From: Nageia nagi
Lineage: Eukaryota; Plantae; Pinophyta
NCBI GenBank assembly: GCA_050084985.1
Contig: JBITNC010000002.1
Location: 23,622,001 to 23,686,000, forward strand
Direction of reading: 5' to 3'
Length of the DNA: 64,000 nucleotides
Position numbers and translations under genes: made by a program. The notes under the pieces are model-generated. The model made no database searches. It saw nothing but the letters and a program-made list of their open reading frames with translations, and was not told where the DNA came from. This document shows positions 41,931 to 54,170 of this stretch, one piece after another (within the stretch, counting starts at the first letter, position 1; each line of letters begins with the position of its first letter).

Positions 41931-42326
41931 TTGTTTGGGGAGCCACAAGGTGAGGACAGGGTAGACTGGAGCCCTTTTAGTCTGAAGAACCGAGTGGTGG
42001 TAAGTCCATCTTAATTGCCCCTAAGACCTCTGTTGGATTGGACATAACTCTATTAGGTGGACAGGCATGTGTGTAGTGATACCACATGTCCGCACGTCCA
42101 TTCAGGGATTATCCTGATAACCTAGGAGGAAAACTGAAAACCTTAATCAAGATAATTAAAATGGTCGGTCCAAGATACGTTGGATCCTTGGAAAATAGTT
42201 GGTACTTCTCCTTGTGAGAGTATATTACTAACCAAGGTGAGCTGGTTGAGGACTGGTAGTACCTGGGCTCCACCTTGCAGGCATCCAGGTGAAGGCCTAA
42301 TTCTATACAAGAAAACAACCCCAACA
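41931..42326 (+). other. Candidate structured RNA domain in the D leader
   Basis: Many complementary segments found by eye (listed under findings). Confidence 0.55.
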
Positions 42327-42451
42327 TTATTCATCTACGGATCATGGTTATAAGTTTGCACATGTGGGACATGTTTACTTATGTTTGATTTGTATAGATG
42401 AAAACTTGTAAAATTTGCATTCTTATTGCATATTTATTTTTTATACAGACA

Positions 42452-45400
42452 ATGGTTGAAACCTTCATACCCAAGCACATACTCGATGGTTCTAACTATG
42501 GCATATGGGAACCTCGTATGAGAGTTGAGTTATAGGTAAGGAAGCTATGGCAGATAGTGCATGAAGATCTAGTTGCTCCTACAGATGAGAAGGCCCTTGA
42601 AATTTACAACTCAAAGAATGAGTTAGCAACCTCAATGATCTATCGTGCAGTTTCAGATGACATCCTTCTCATGATTTCTTCCTTGACATCAGCAAAAGAA
42701 GCTTGGGACAGACTAAAGAAAATTTACCTTGGGTCCAAATTTTCAAGAAGGTTCACCATTCTACAAAATTTGTTGCAGTATCATCAAGGAGAAGATGAAA
42801 ATGCCTCAATCTACTTGAAAAAAATCATTGACCTCAGGACACAACTGGTTGGCTGTGGGTGCAATTAGATCAATGATGAGTTCATGGTCTTCATTATTCT
42901 TCAAAGCCTCTCTATAAAGTTCAGTAACTTTGTCATAGTTATGGAGAATAGGCTTGATGATGAAGAAGATGTTATCTCCCTTAACAATCTTTCTAGACTC
43001 CTTATGAAACATGAGGAAACTTTGAACAAGAAAATGTTGAACATTTCTCCAAAGGATAATAGCATTGCTCTAGGAGCAACCAAAACTCCTTTCAAGAAGA
43101 TGTTCAAACATTATAAATTCAAAGATAACAAATCCTCATCTACCATCAGGAAGCACAGCAACTTCAAGCAAAGGAATAACAAAGCTGGATCAAGTAAACC
43201 AACACCGTAGGAAAAGTTTGATGGGAATTGTAACTTCTATGGCATCTTTAGGCACAAAGAGTATGATTGTCGCAAAAAGAAATTTGCTCAAAAAGGAAAG
43301 GGAAATGCAAATGTGAGAAATTTCAATAATAAAAAGAAGAACAAGCATGCTGCTTCTGTTGCCTACTACTCAATGACTCAAACTATTTCAAATGATTGGA
43401 TTATTGATTCAGGATGCACTAATCACATGTGTTATGAAAAGGATAAGTTTGAAAATTTTCATAAGTACAACAAGGATACAGTTGTGATAGGTGATAATAC
43501 AATCCTTGATGTTCAAGGAATAGGGAATGTGAAGATTCATGGAAAGGCACTTGATAATGTCTTTTATGTGCCTAAGCTAAGGATGAATCTTATCTCTGTA
43601 ATTCAGATTACAAGGACAGGATGCTCATTTGAGTTTACCTCACACTCCTGGTGTGTTAAGAAAGGACTTGCCACTTTGATGAAAGGATCAGTAAAGAATG
43701 ACCTTTATATTGTGGATCAAGTACCTTCAAAAATTTGTCTTGCTACAAATGTGTGTTCAAAAGGTAATCTTTGGCATCAACGATTAGGGCACCTTAACCA
43801 CAAGAGTATTCAAGATATGAAAAATCAAGAACTTGTGGAAGGTTTACCTAATATTTCACCCAAAATTGGTCTTTGTGAAAGGTGCATTCTTGGAAAGATG
43901 AATAGGCAAAAGTTTGAAAAGGATAAGGCAACTCGGGCTACTCATCCTCTTCAGCTTGTGCATTCAGATTTGATGGGTCCATTTCAGACTAAGTCCTTAA
44001 GGGGAGCTTCTTATGTTCTGACCTTCATTGATGACTTCAGTAGGATGACATTTGGTTATCTACTTGAGCACAAGGATCAAACTTTTGATTGATTTAAAGA
44101 CTTCAAGGCACTTGTTGAAAATCAAACTGATTTTAAGATCAAAATGCTAAGATCTGACAATGGGGGTGAATATAATAGCAATGAGTTTAACGATTATTGT
44201 GTTAAACATGGGATCAAGCAGCAATTCACAATCCCATACACCCCTCAGCAAAATGGAGTTGCTGAAAGAAAGAATCGCACCATTATGGAAATGGCAAGAT
44301 GCATGTTGGGTAACCTTCCTAGTTTCTTATGGGGAGAAGCTGTTCATACTGCTATTCACACCCTAAATAGGTGTCCTACTAAAGCAGTTGAAGGAAAAAC
44401 TCCATATGAAGCCTGGACAGGAAAGAAACCTAACATCTCACACTTTAGGGTCTTTGGATGTGATGCATTTGCCTTCATTACCTCAGAGAAAAGAAAGAAG
44501 CTAGATAAAAGATTAGAAAAATGCATCTTTGTGGGGTATGATAATTAGCATAGAGGTTATAGGCTCTACTTCTCATCCCATAAAACAGTCTTTGTTTCTA
44601 GGGATGTCAAGTTCAATGAACTTCCTGAGGATACGACTTCTCATGCTGAGGTGTCTGATTTAAAAGATTCTATGCCTGCACCTAACTGGTTGGATGATCA
44701 TGTAGGGAAGTCACCATAAGAGCAAAATTCTCCAGCTCAGAGAATTACTAGAAGTATGACCTTGAATAAATCCTTATTTGCCAAAATTGATAATATAAAT
44801 GAGCCATCAACATTCAAGGAAGCTTCCAAGCAAGAATGTTGGATGGAAGCTATGAAAGTTGAGTATGAGACACTCATGAAAAATGAAACTTGGGATTTGG
44901 TTCCTTATCCCAATGAGAAAAATGTGATTGGAAATAAATGGATTTACAAGGTCAAGTACAATTTTGATGGAGAAGTTGAAAAATACAAAGCAAGGTTAGT
45001 GGCCAAAGGATTCGCTCAGAAATATGGTATTGATTATAAGGAAACCTTTGCTCCTATGGCCAAAATGCCTACTGTTAGGATAATCCTTGCTCTTTCTGCA
45101 GCTCAAGGTTGGAAAGTTTTTCAACTTGATGTCAAGAGTGCATTTCTCAATGGTGACTTAGATGTTGAAATCTACATGAATCAACCAGAAGGATTTATTC
45201 CAGAAGGAAAAGATTCTCTTGTGTGCAAGCTAAAGAAGTCTTTGTATGGACTTAAACAAGCACCTAGAGCATGGTACAAGAAAATTTTAGGATTCTTTGC
45301 AGATATTGGTTTTTCTAAGTGCTTCTCTGACTCAGATCTCTATGTACTCAATCAAGGAAAAGATGTGGTCTTAATTCTCCTTTATGTGGATGATCTTCTC

Positions 45401-46348
45401 ATAACAGGCAACAATATTGAAATCATCCAAGAGTGCATATCCAAACTGAAGGCAACATTTGAAATGACTGATCTAGGTCTATTGCATTACTATCTTGGAA
45501 TGCAAGTATACCAACACAAAGATTGTACTTATCTTAGTCAATCTAATTATATATCAGACATCTTGAAAAAATTTGGAATGGAGGAGTGTAGATATGCTGC
45601 AATACCTATTTCTCCTAGAATTGTTGTATCACTGAGCTCAAATTCTCAATTGGCTGATGCTACAGCTTATAGGAAATTGATCGATAGTCTTCTGTATCTG
45701 ACTATCTCTCGTCTTGATATTACCTTTGTAGTGAATCTGATGGCACGATTCATGCAAAAACCATATGTTGAACACCTCAATGTTGTGAAGCAAATCTTGA
45801 GGTATGTGGCAGGGACAAAGGATCTTGCTCTTAAGTATTCCAAAGTGCCTTCAATTGTTCTCTCAGGGTTCTCAGATTCTGATTATGGGGGAGATAGAGA
45901 TGATAGAAAATCAACCTCTGCATATGTGTTCAGCATTGGTTCAGGTGCTATCTCTTGGGCTTCCAAGAAGTAACCTACTGTGACTCTTTCTACCATCGAA
46001 GCTGAATATCAAGCCCTATCTATTGCTGCCCAAGAAGCTATTTAGCTAAGACATCTTCTGAATGAAATTGGGTATAAGCAAAATGGCCCATCTCTTATTT
46101 CTTCAGACAATCAATCGGCTATCTCTTTGGCTAAGAATCTTGTGTTCCATAAAAGAACCAAACATGTGGAAATCCAAGCCCATTTTATCAGGGAGAAGGT
46201 TCTAGATGACATCATACACTTGGAGTATTGTCCATCTACTGAAAACTCCACTGATCTATTCACCAAGCCCCTTCCTGAAGCTCAGTTCAGCAAGCTTAGG
46301 GATTCTCTCGGGTTGGTGAAGTTACCCTCAAGGGGGAGTGAAGTTTGA
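42452..46348 (+). pseudogene. Copia D gag-pol polyprotein (~1298 codons, one frame, 8 premature stops)
   Basis: All main ORF-track pieces from 42557 to 46348 share the frame of ATG 42452; [52 protein letters not shown]. Confidence 0.97.
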
Positions 46349-46408
46349 ACCTTTGTTAATGATGACAACTTCACCTCTAAGAGGCTCTTTTGTTGTTGTA
46401 TAGCATGT

Positions 46409-46710
46409 GTTGTACATTCTATACCTCCGTGGTGAGTTTGCTCTGCGTGAGAAACTCGTTGTACAATTTTTATGCTCTATACCTCCGTGGTGAGTTTGCT
46501 CTACGTGAGAAACTCGTTGTACAATTTTTATGCTCTATACCTCCATGGTGAGTTTGCTCTGTGTGAGAAACTCATTGTACAATATTTGAGCATATAATTA
46601 ATATACCTCCGTGGTAAGTTCGCTCTGTGTGACAAACTTGTTGTACATTTATACCTCCGTGGTGAGTTTGCTCTGCATGAGAAATTCATTGTACAATTTT
46701 TATGCTCTAT
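46409..46710. repeat. 58-bp tandem array (~5 copies) in the D 3' UTR
   Basis: ctatacctccgtggtgagtttgctctgcgtgagaaactcgttgtacaatttttatgct unit. Confidence 0.95.
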
Positions 46711-47179
46711 TAATAATCAACACATGTCTATATACAACAGGTGACTATGAGTGATGGCTTGGCATCTCCGTGATGACTTATAGTGCACCATTAATCAGTT
46801 AGTTATAAGATAGCATTATTTGATTCTCTTATTTGAATATATGATGCATCTAACTGATTTTGTTCATGAGTTGCTTGTAGCATGCAGGATCTTCTTCAGA
46901 AATGCAAGTTACTCACCTTGTGAAAGCAAGCTCATGGAGACTCACATGTCAGCTTAAAGTTGATCGACTACTATGTACAGTGAAACCAGTTGTGGTTAAT
47001 GATTGTATTGTAAACCATTTTGTCAAATGGTAATGTAGTGAGTCTCATACTAGTTCTCAAAAAGATTCTCAAATATGTAAATGTTCTCATCTCCACTTGT
47101 ATCTCTATGGAGAGAAACTCTCTCTTACTCTCTCTCTTCTTTCTTCTACGCTCTATCCCAATATTGCATTAAGGGGGAG

Positions 47180-47673
47180 TGTTAGAATTTGTAATGAAAT
47201 ATTGTGAATATCTAAACTCCTTGTAAGTTCAATTAATCACTTAAAGGATATGTAGATACCTTAAGGGATTAATTGAATTCTTTATTATGTGTGGACTTTG
47301 ACCTAACCATGGGGTTAGTTGGTAGGTTAAAGTTAGGTCACACATTTATTGTAACCCTAACCTAACCCTTGGGTTAAAGGGAGGTTAGGGAGGTGCTCTC
47401 AAGCTATAAATAGAGGGCCTCTCCTCTTGTAAACACATCTAAGTTTTGGAGTAAGATTACTCTACTAGGTTGTGTAGGAGAGAGCAAGAGAATAGTTGTA
47501 AGAGAGGCATAGATTGAGAATAGAGAACTAGTTGTGGATGTACTCCCAAGGAGGGAGGAACCACATTATATTGGTGTCATATTGTGTGAATGATGTTCTT
47601 AGAATTGTAGATGATGAATGATTTAGCTTCCTAGTCTTGGACCTTGGGAATTAGATCTAGGCTAATTCCATCA
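47180..47673 (+). repeat. 3' LTR of D
   Basis: TG..CA termini, followed by the TSD aatat. Confidence 0.98.
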
Positions 47674-49099
47674 AATATAAGTGAGATGAAGAGCCTCACA
47701 CTCTACATTATGATCCCTTAAACTCGAAGAGACTAGGTCTTCAAATTCCACAAGAAGAATTTCATCAACAATTGGTTAGTATTATAAGGAATGTTTGAGA
47801 GTTTCCATAATGGTAAAAGTCACAATGGTAGGAGTCACAATATTTGAATGCTCAAATATCTTCTTCTTAGGTTTCCACCAAGGTACATAAGTATGTGGCA
47901 ATCAATTTTCACTTTGAAGATGAAGTTCCATAAGAAATGCTAACCGATATGCCAAATCTAATGTTTGAATATTCTATTTAATTATATCTTTATTGAGTTC
48001 TTCATACAACCCATCAATAAAAAAATCCAAGGATGCCTCCTCATCCAACCCATATTTAACACAAAATTCAACAAATTCAATCTTATATTGTTTATAGGAA
48101 TATCTTTATCGATATGAAATAAAAGTATCTAATTTTAAAAAATTGAAATGAACACCAAATCAATTGTAAAAATTTTAAAAATTTTACTGTATATAGGTAC
48201 CATGAATGACCATCCATATCTAAAATTTTATCCCAAACTGCTATCATATGTAAAAGTTATGAATATTTCACCTTTTCCCCTTTTTATCATAATCTTAATC
48301 ACTAATTCTATCATAAATTAGCCAAAATAATTTGATATGATATGAAATTTTTTTTGAACATGTTTGATACTAATATCTAAAAATTTTATTAAGCCTTATT
48401 GAAATGATTATCCATAAACCTTCAAATTTCAAAAGAAAATTCATTCAAATGTGTGATATATGAACAATTCATTTCAAGCCATCTAAAATAAAATCCTTCA
48501 ACTTTTTAAAACCCACAAGTGCCAGATGTTAAGAATCCACTATTTCATAATAATTAGATTATTCACAAATACACATAAACAACATCAATATGAAAATACC
48601 ATTCAACTATGCAAAACCATTACAAATACCATTTACTAAAGCAACTGAATTGCTTGCACCACTTCGAAGGGGGCACCTCCTAGAGAACAAGTTCTCTCCT
48701 CAAATGAAATTATATTTCTTGCTTGACCATTACAATAGAGAGGGCTTCATATAAATGGCCCTTTGTGACCCTTCACCTTCCAAACCTATTACATGTGGGA
48801 TAAATACTAATAAAATATAAATAACATGCTATGGGATCATAACAATGTTACCCAACTAAAATTGGTAGTAGCTAACATAATTTACCAACAAAATAATTAC
48901 TAACAAAATAAGATCAAATGCTACCCAACTATAACATATTGGTAGCTTGATGCAGCTTGCTCTATCGATTTTTATTACTACAAAATCATCAAATTGTTAT
49001 TGAAATGCATCTGAATTACAACTAAGATGCAACCCAATTGCATCTATATTTTCAAAAAATTATGAGTTTAGGAATCATTTGTTTGGACCAAAGGTGGAT

Positions 49100-50500
49100 T
49101 GAGTCTTATTTATTTGATGTAGAGTTAGTTTCTTTCCATTTGTTATTTCTTATTCATTGAATTTTTCTCTAGTCTCTTCCTCGAATGGTCTCCCCATATG
49201 TCCCTATTTGATATTTATAGTCTTTATATAGTTCATTATATATTTTTATAGGATTATTTCTCTATATAGGGCTTCTTGTTGTTGTTTTGTTGTTGCTTAA
49301 CTATCAACAATACTTATTTTTTATCACTCCCCTAATTTTTTCTCATTCTTCCCCTACCACAACTTCTATATCTATCATCTCATTGTATAAGAATTTGATT
49401 GGTAATTTGTTTCTTCTTTTTCCTTTCCTTCTAAAATTGCTAACACTACATAGGGGTTTGTTGTGGTTATTTTCTTCTATTGGAATTTATTTACAATTGA
49501 CTATTTTTCTATTGTGGTTCAATTTGTCTACAATTTGATAATTTTTCTATGCTTTTTATTTTTAGAACATCTTCCACACTTGTTCTTCCTATTTTTCTTG
49601 TGTATCCTTTTCTTGTTTTTCATTTTCCCCTTTTCTTCATCCATCTTCTTCTTCTTTGGGTCATCCATTGCATAGTGTTCATAACTCTTACAATTTTGCA
49701 TTATGCTAACAAGTTTTCATATGCAATTAGTTGCATCCATTCTCTTTCATCCTCTATTTTTAATTTTATCTCCTTCTTAAAGGGTTTGTAAATATATAAA
49801 TTGACCAAAAATATTACATCTATAAATTTAAGTTTCAATCTTTTTGCTCTCTCAATTTTGGCAAGGGGTCCAATTGCTTTCATAATTCTAGCTATTACAC
49901 ATGGGTGCCAGCATGACAGGTGAAGTTCGAGTAATGAGACCTATGTTGGAATGAGATTGAAGTTTTTAGATTCTAAGGAGAAACTTTTCTCCCATCGCTT
50001 GATAAATAATCCTTTCTTCCTAAGAAACTATGAACCCATTTCTATTACATTTTGAAGGTCTTCATCGAATTGAAATTTGAATAACAAGAATTCTCTTAGT
50101 AGCGTAATTAAGATAACTAACCCTTTTTTGCACCATCTTACCTTTATCCAACTTTGAATCATATCCAGAGGGGGTCATATCCTAACAAAGCAATCAATAA
50201 GGGCTATTTTTAGCCTATCCTCTTCCTTCTTTGTTATACATTTTGAAATTGTTATACTAACCTCATCTTCGAAGAATTCTAGTTCTAATACCATCCCAAT
50301 TGCTTCATCTATGAATGGTTTTTCTTGCATTAATACTTTTCCATTCCTGGGGGGCTTTGGTTCAAGTCGTAATCTTTATTTGTTTATCATGTTTTGGATG
50401 TTATTTGACTATATTTTGACAAAATTAGAGCTTCACTAACCTATAATTTCCTTAATAACAGGCTCCCATGCTTTTGAAATAGTTAACTCATGTTTTTGTT
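49100..50500 (-). mobile_element. LINE ORF1 (DUF4283-like) remnant
   Basis: PPLDMIQSWIKVRW..FLLFKFQFDEDLQNVIEMGS*FLRKKGLFIKRWEKSF..IPT* at ~49940-50210. Confidence 0.75.
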
Positions 50501-51739
50501 CTCCTCACTCCCACTTTTGTTACGCTTCGCTCGCATCTAGTCACATCACCTTTGTAGTATTACAACATATTGTTTTAATCTTGAGGTTTTTTTATCTAAG
50601 AAAATAATTTTGAATAATGAATATATCTTTCTAAAGGATATTTGTGATTATAGGGATAGGTCATTAATGGGTGTGTATCAATACTTAGTTACATAGAATC
50701 TCAATATGTTACTTATCTCCTTTGACTTGTGAAAATTTTAGTTAGATTTGAACTCTTCAAATTTTTTGAACCAATTCACGTGAATAACGTATGTTTGAAA
50801 GAAATCCATGGGTAATATGGTATGATAATGTATCTTCATTTTTCCTAATTAACTACCATTCTTACACAATTTATAATTTATGGTTTCATCAAGACTTTTT
50901 ACAAGAAAAATAGCAAAACAGGAGTTGATCCCCTACTCTTATGGTTTTTAAATCATATCTAATAACCATCAAATTATCATAGAGGCAAAGTCGTTAACTA
51001 TGTTTAATAGAATGAATTTCATATCTATTAAATCAAAATAAAATTAGTACCTCTCAAATTTATAGGAGATTATCTTTATATTTTTAAGTTCTTTGAGAGG
51101 CCAATTATGTAGTTGATTAGAGGTGAATAATGTAACGGATTGAGTAATAAAGTAGCCTTTTAATGAAAAATATTTGAAGTCTTACGAAGATATCCTAAGT
51201 TGATGAAGTCCAACATTTTGAAAGGCATTCTTTGTTGACTTTCATTGTTTTCAATGTATAATGTTTCATAGCTATCATCTTGACAGTGATAAAGATTTGA
51301 AAAAGGATTAAATAGATGATAACAGTTTTTCAGAAAAACGTTTGTCTTCCTTTAATAACATGAAAACATAGCAGGTTGAAAAGAAATCTTTTACACTATA
51401 AATATATTTCCTTTATAAAAATATATTGAATCTAAACTCTTAAGCTGAGAAAGATGCAACCAATGCATGCAAAGCCAGAAGTTTTATCTTCCACAAAAAT
51501 TTTATAACTATTCATGCCATGTTATGTCGGCTTTAACTTCCACAACGTTTACCAGCATTTTTTTCAATTAATATTCGATTCTCTTTCTCTATCATTTCAA
51601 TGAATATAATTACTAAGAAAGAGGCTTCCTGGTATGAATATCAGGCATCCGAATAATCAAGCAAAAATTTTGGTTACAGATAAAATCCTTCTTATTCTAA
51701 GTCGACATAACTCTAAACATGGAGTATGTCATGGATACA

Positions 51740-52249
51740 TCAGTTCAGTTTGTAGGTGACATTAAACTTGATAATACCATTCAAGCCATCGATTTCGACA
51801 ATCTCAACACCGGCGTACCCACGGGCATATCTAAATTTTCTGGTTCCTCCAACTACAGCCACCTCTCTGGGAGTGCCCTTATAGAAGACATCTGTGCCCA
51901 GAATTTCAAGGGTGCTTCCATTACATAGCTTGTTCTCAAAGTTTACTGTGAAAGACATATGAATAGCTCCTCCATTAACATCTGCGTTCTCATATATTCC
52001 TTTGGCCCTTCCCACATAGGGTGAGGTGACATTAACACCTTCTGTTAAAACGTCATCTATAACAAGCACGGTTCCAGAGCCTAACACATGTGACGACGAG
52101 CCATTCACTCCCGCAACCGTCATGGCTGTGATGTTAGAACCAATTACATTATCATGCATGTAGAACACCATATGTTCTTCCATTGCAGAAGAACATGTTA
52201 CAGCTATGATGAGGATAAGGAAGACTGAAAATGAATGCTTTAAAGCCAT
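51740..52249 (-). CDS. DIR: Dirigent(-like) protein, 169 aa, secreted, intronless (DIR-f-like)
   Basis: Signal-peptide-like MALKHSFSVFLILIIAVTCSS; motifs FYMHD, GTVLVIDDVLT, VGRAKG.Y, NGSTLEILG, REVAVVGGT.KFRYARGYA; five N-x-S/T sites. The likely start is the ATG at 52249, not 52372. Confidence 0.95.
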   Translation of the reverse strand: MALKHSFSVFLILIIAVTCSSAMEEHMVFYMHDNVIGSNITAMTVAGVNGSSSHVLGSGTVLVIDDVLTEGVNVTSPYVGRAKGIYENADVNGGAIHMSFTVNFENKLCNGSTLEILGTDVFYKGTPREVAVVGGTRKFRYARGYAGVEIVEIDGLNGIIKFNVTYKLN

Positions 52250-52279
52250 TGCATCAAATGACAGGTTGAGTAGAATATG

Positions 52280-52290
52280 GTTTATAAATG
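52280..52290 (-). promoter_or_regulatory. Putative TATA box of the dirigent gene
   Basis: atttataaac ~35 bp upstream of the ATG; an alternative tatttata lies at ~52322-52329. Confidence 0.4.
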
Positions 52291-53019
52291 GTGGAGTAAA
52301 ATTGTAAAATCTTTTGGGATGTATAAATAGGTAAAGGTAAAGATAAATTATATTAATGTTTAGGGAGATCAATTGATTTATGGGATAAACAAATCACATA
52401 ATATGTATGTTTCAAAATGAAATACAGAACATACAGGTTAAAATAAAGTTAATATATGATCAACCTAATCAACAATGAAAACATACTTTATTTTTTATTT
52501 TTGTATCTTACAAACTTAACCAGAATAAACCTAAACATGTAATAATAATATTTTTAATGAAGTTAGGTAGAGGCAAGTAAGAGAACTTCATTCAATTTTC
52601 AAACCAAATCCTTAAAATGCGCTGCTGGATCTCCCTTAATCACAATTAAATTAATTATGATCTATCGTGCAGACAAAGACTACCTAATATCAAATAATAC
52701 TATTCCTTAGCTTTAGTTATAGCTTGAGGTCTTGATGTTACGCATACCAAGCTTTTTTGTAAGTGATAGCATGGCGAAAGATACCTTGATGACGTAGCTT
52801 GTTCGTTCTCAATGTATCCCCGTAGATGGTCGTGACAGCTATAAGTGCTTTTTAGGGTTTCTTTATTTACATATTGAGTGTCCTAGTTACAGCTATACCT
52901 ATGATACGAAACAAAATCTTGGTAGTTAATTCAATCTATTATGATAGTGAGATTAGAGAAGGTAGAGTAGACATAAAGGCTACTTATAAGAATCTATTGA
53001 AGTATCAATAGTAACAATC

Positions 53020-54170
53020 TGGAATGGGAATCTTTAGTTTATTAAAGTTTTTGGGTACCAAGATACTTCAAAGCATGATTGAAGCTTAAGTTGTTTGAAC
53101 TTGGGACACAAGATGTAAGGTAATTTTTAGTGAATTTTTGAAGGGTTACTACCTAGTTTTATTTGTTTCATAAATAGATATGAATTTCATCTTTTAGGGA
53201 GGTATGTGGCTCAATGGGAGGGTGGGGTTCTTCATAAAGATGTAGCATATAGGATTTAAACTTCATAAAAGATACCCCATCATCAACTCTTTTATGTGTT
53301 TGAATGCCTTATTTACCTTTGAAATTCTACAATGAAACTATTTTTGAAATAGTTGAAATTTTATTAGGTACTTTCATATGTGCATGAGATATAACCTAAA
53401 TTTTATATTCATATCATATGCTAGAATATCATGCTTACAATTGTACCTAGACTCTCTATTTCTTACTTTATTTCAAATCAACCTTACATCTTATGGTCTT
53501 ATCTATGAATAATTTTTGGACTATAAGAATTTACCATTCCAGTGTATAATCTACTTGAAGTATGGGTATCTTGTCAAGTCATGCCCCCATTCCCAATATT
53601 TCACAATCATGTTAAAGGCTTTTAAGTTACAAAACATAAATCCCCTCTAGTTATATGAGCTAACCATGGTAAGGTAACTTATGAGTCTAATAGAATAGGA
53701 ACTTACTCTTCAAGTAATGGATATGAATATGGAGGAAGCCTTAATGATGAATGTAGGTATTACAAATTTAGATTCTACCCCTCAAAAATATAAATCATGG
53801 TTTCTTCAAAATAATACTTTTAAAGATATTGTGATTAAGCAATCTCATAATGAATGAAAAGCTTCCCCTAGTAGTATTCAAAAAGGGAGGGGTTAAGTGA
53901 CTAAACAAGAAAAGTTTCTATAGATGATACTTGATGGTATTGAGGGAGGAAGCCAAACATGATGGGATGAGCTATTAGCTTCTATAAAACTTTAGGTAAC
54001 CCCATGTTGATTCCTTCATAAAATATAAGGGATCTTTATAATTCCTAAAAATATAAAAATCCAATTCTATGATTCACTTTGTCAATCCTTTAGTCCTCTC
54101 CATTTAAAAATCTAGAATATTAGTAGTAGATGTAGACAAATATACAAAATTTAAAATAAAATATCTTTCA
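53020..54170 (+). mobile_element. LINE ORF1 remnant and start of the ORF2 endonuclease, cut by copia E
   Basis: GGMWLNGRVGFFIK.., PYLPLKFY, SYARI; MLIPS*NIRDL (SWNxRGL motif) at 54004. Confidence 0.65.

Larger units (their letters stand above)
38717..47673 (+). mobile_element. Young full-length Ty1/copia element D with a long cargo-bearing leader
   Basis: 494-bp LTRs (38717-39210, 47180-47673) with 2 differences; perfect TSD aatat; PBS TGGTATCAGAGC 39213-39224; PPT aagggggag 47171-47179. Confidence 0.98.
37830..48844 (-). mobile_element. Short non-autonomous gypsy-type element F (TR-GAG-like), host of copia D
   Basis: LTRs at 37830-38130 and 48527-48844; PBS-like tggcacttgtggg inside the right LTR; gag remnant FFIDGLYEELNKDII*NIQTLDLAYRLA at ~47930-48060; ~1.4 kb internal without D. 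No TSD seen. Confidence 0.75.

Noticed and set aside
41982-42003. Hammerhead-like CUGAAGA followed by a small acc/ggt stem
   Set aside because: The required GAAA after stem II reads GGUA, and no convincing stems I and III are present.
46409-46710. CRISPR-like look of the 58-bp array
   Set aside because: Head-to-tail repeats without unique spacers, in a eukaryotic retrotransposon UTR.
49287-49791. Hydrophobic F/L-rich plus-strand ORFs resembling membrane proteins
   Set aside because: Antisense shadows of the K/E-rich LINE ORF1 linker.
51719-51928. Plus-strand 69-aa ORF overlapping the dirigent gene
   Set aside because: Antisense shadow with no independent evidence.
52250-52372. N-terminal extension of the 210-aa dirigent ORF
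   Set aside because: Starts at a non-ATG codon, is low-complexity and spans TATA-like sequence; the signal peptide begins at 52249.
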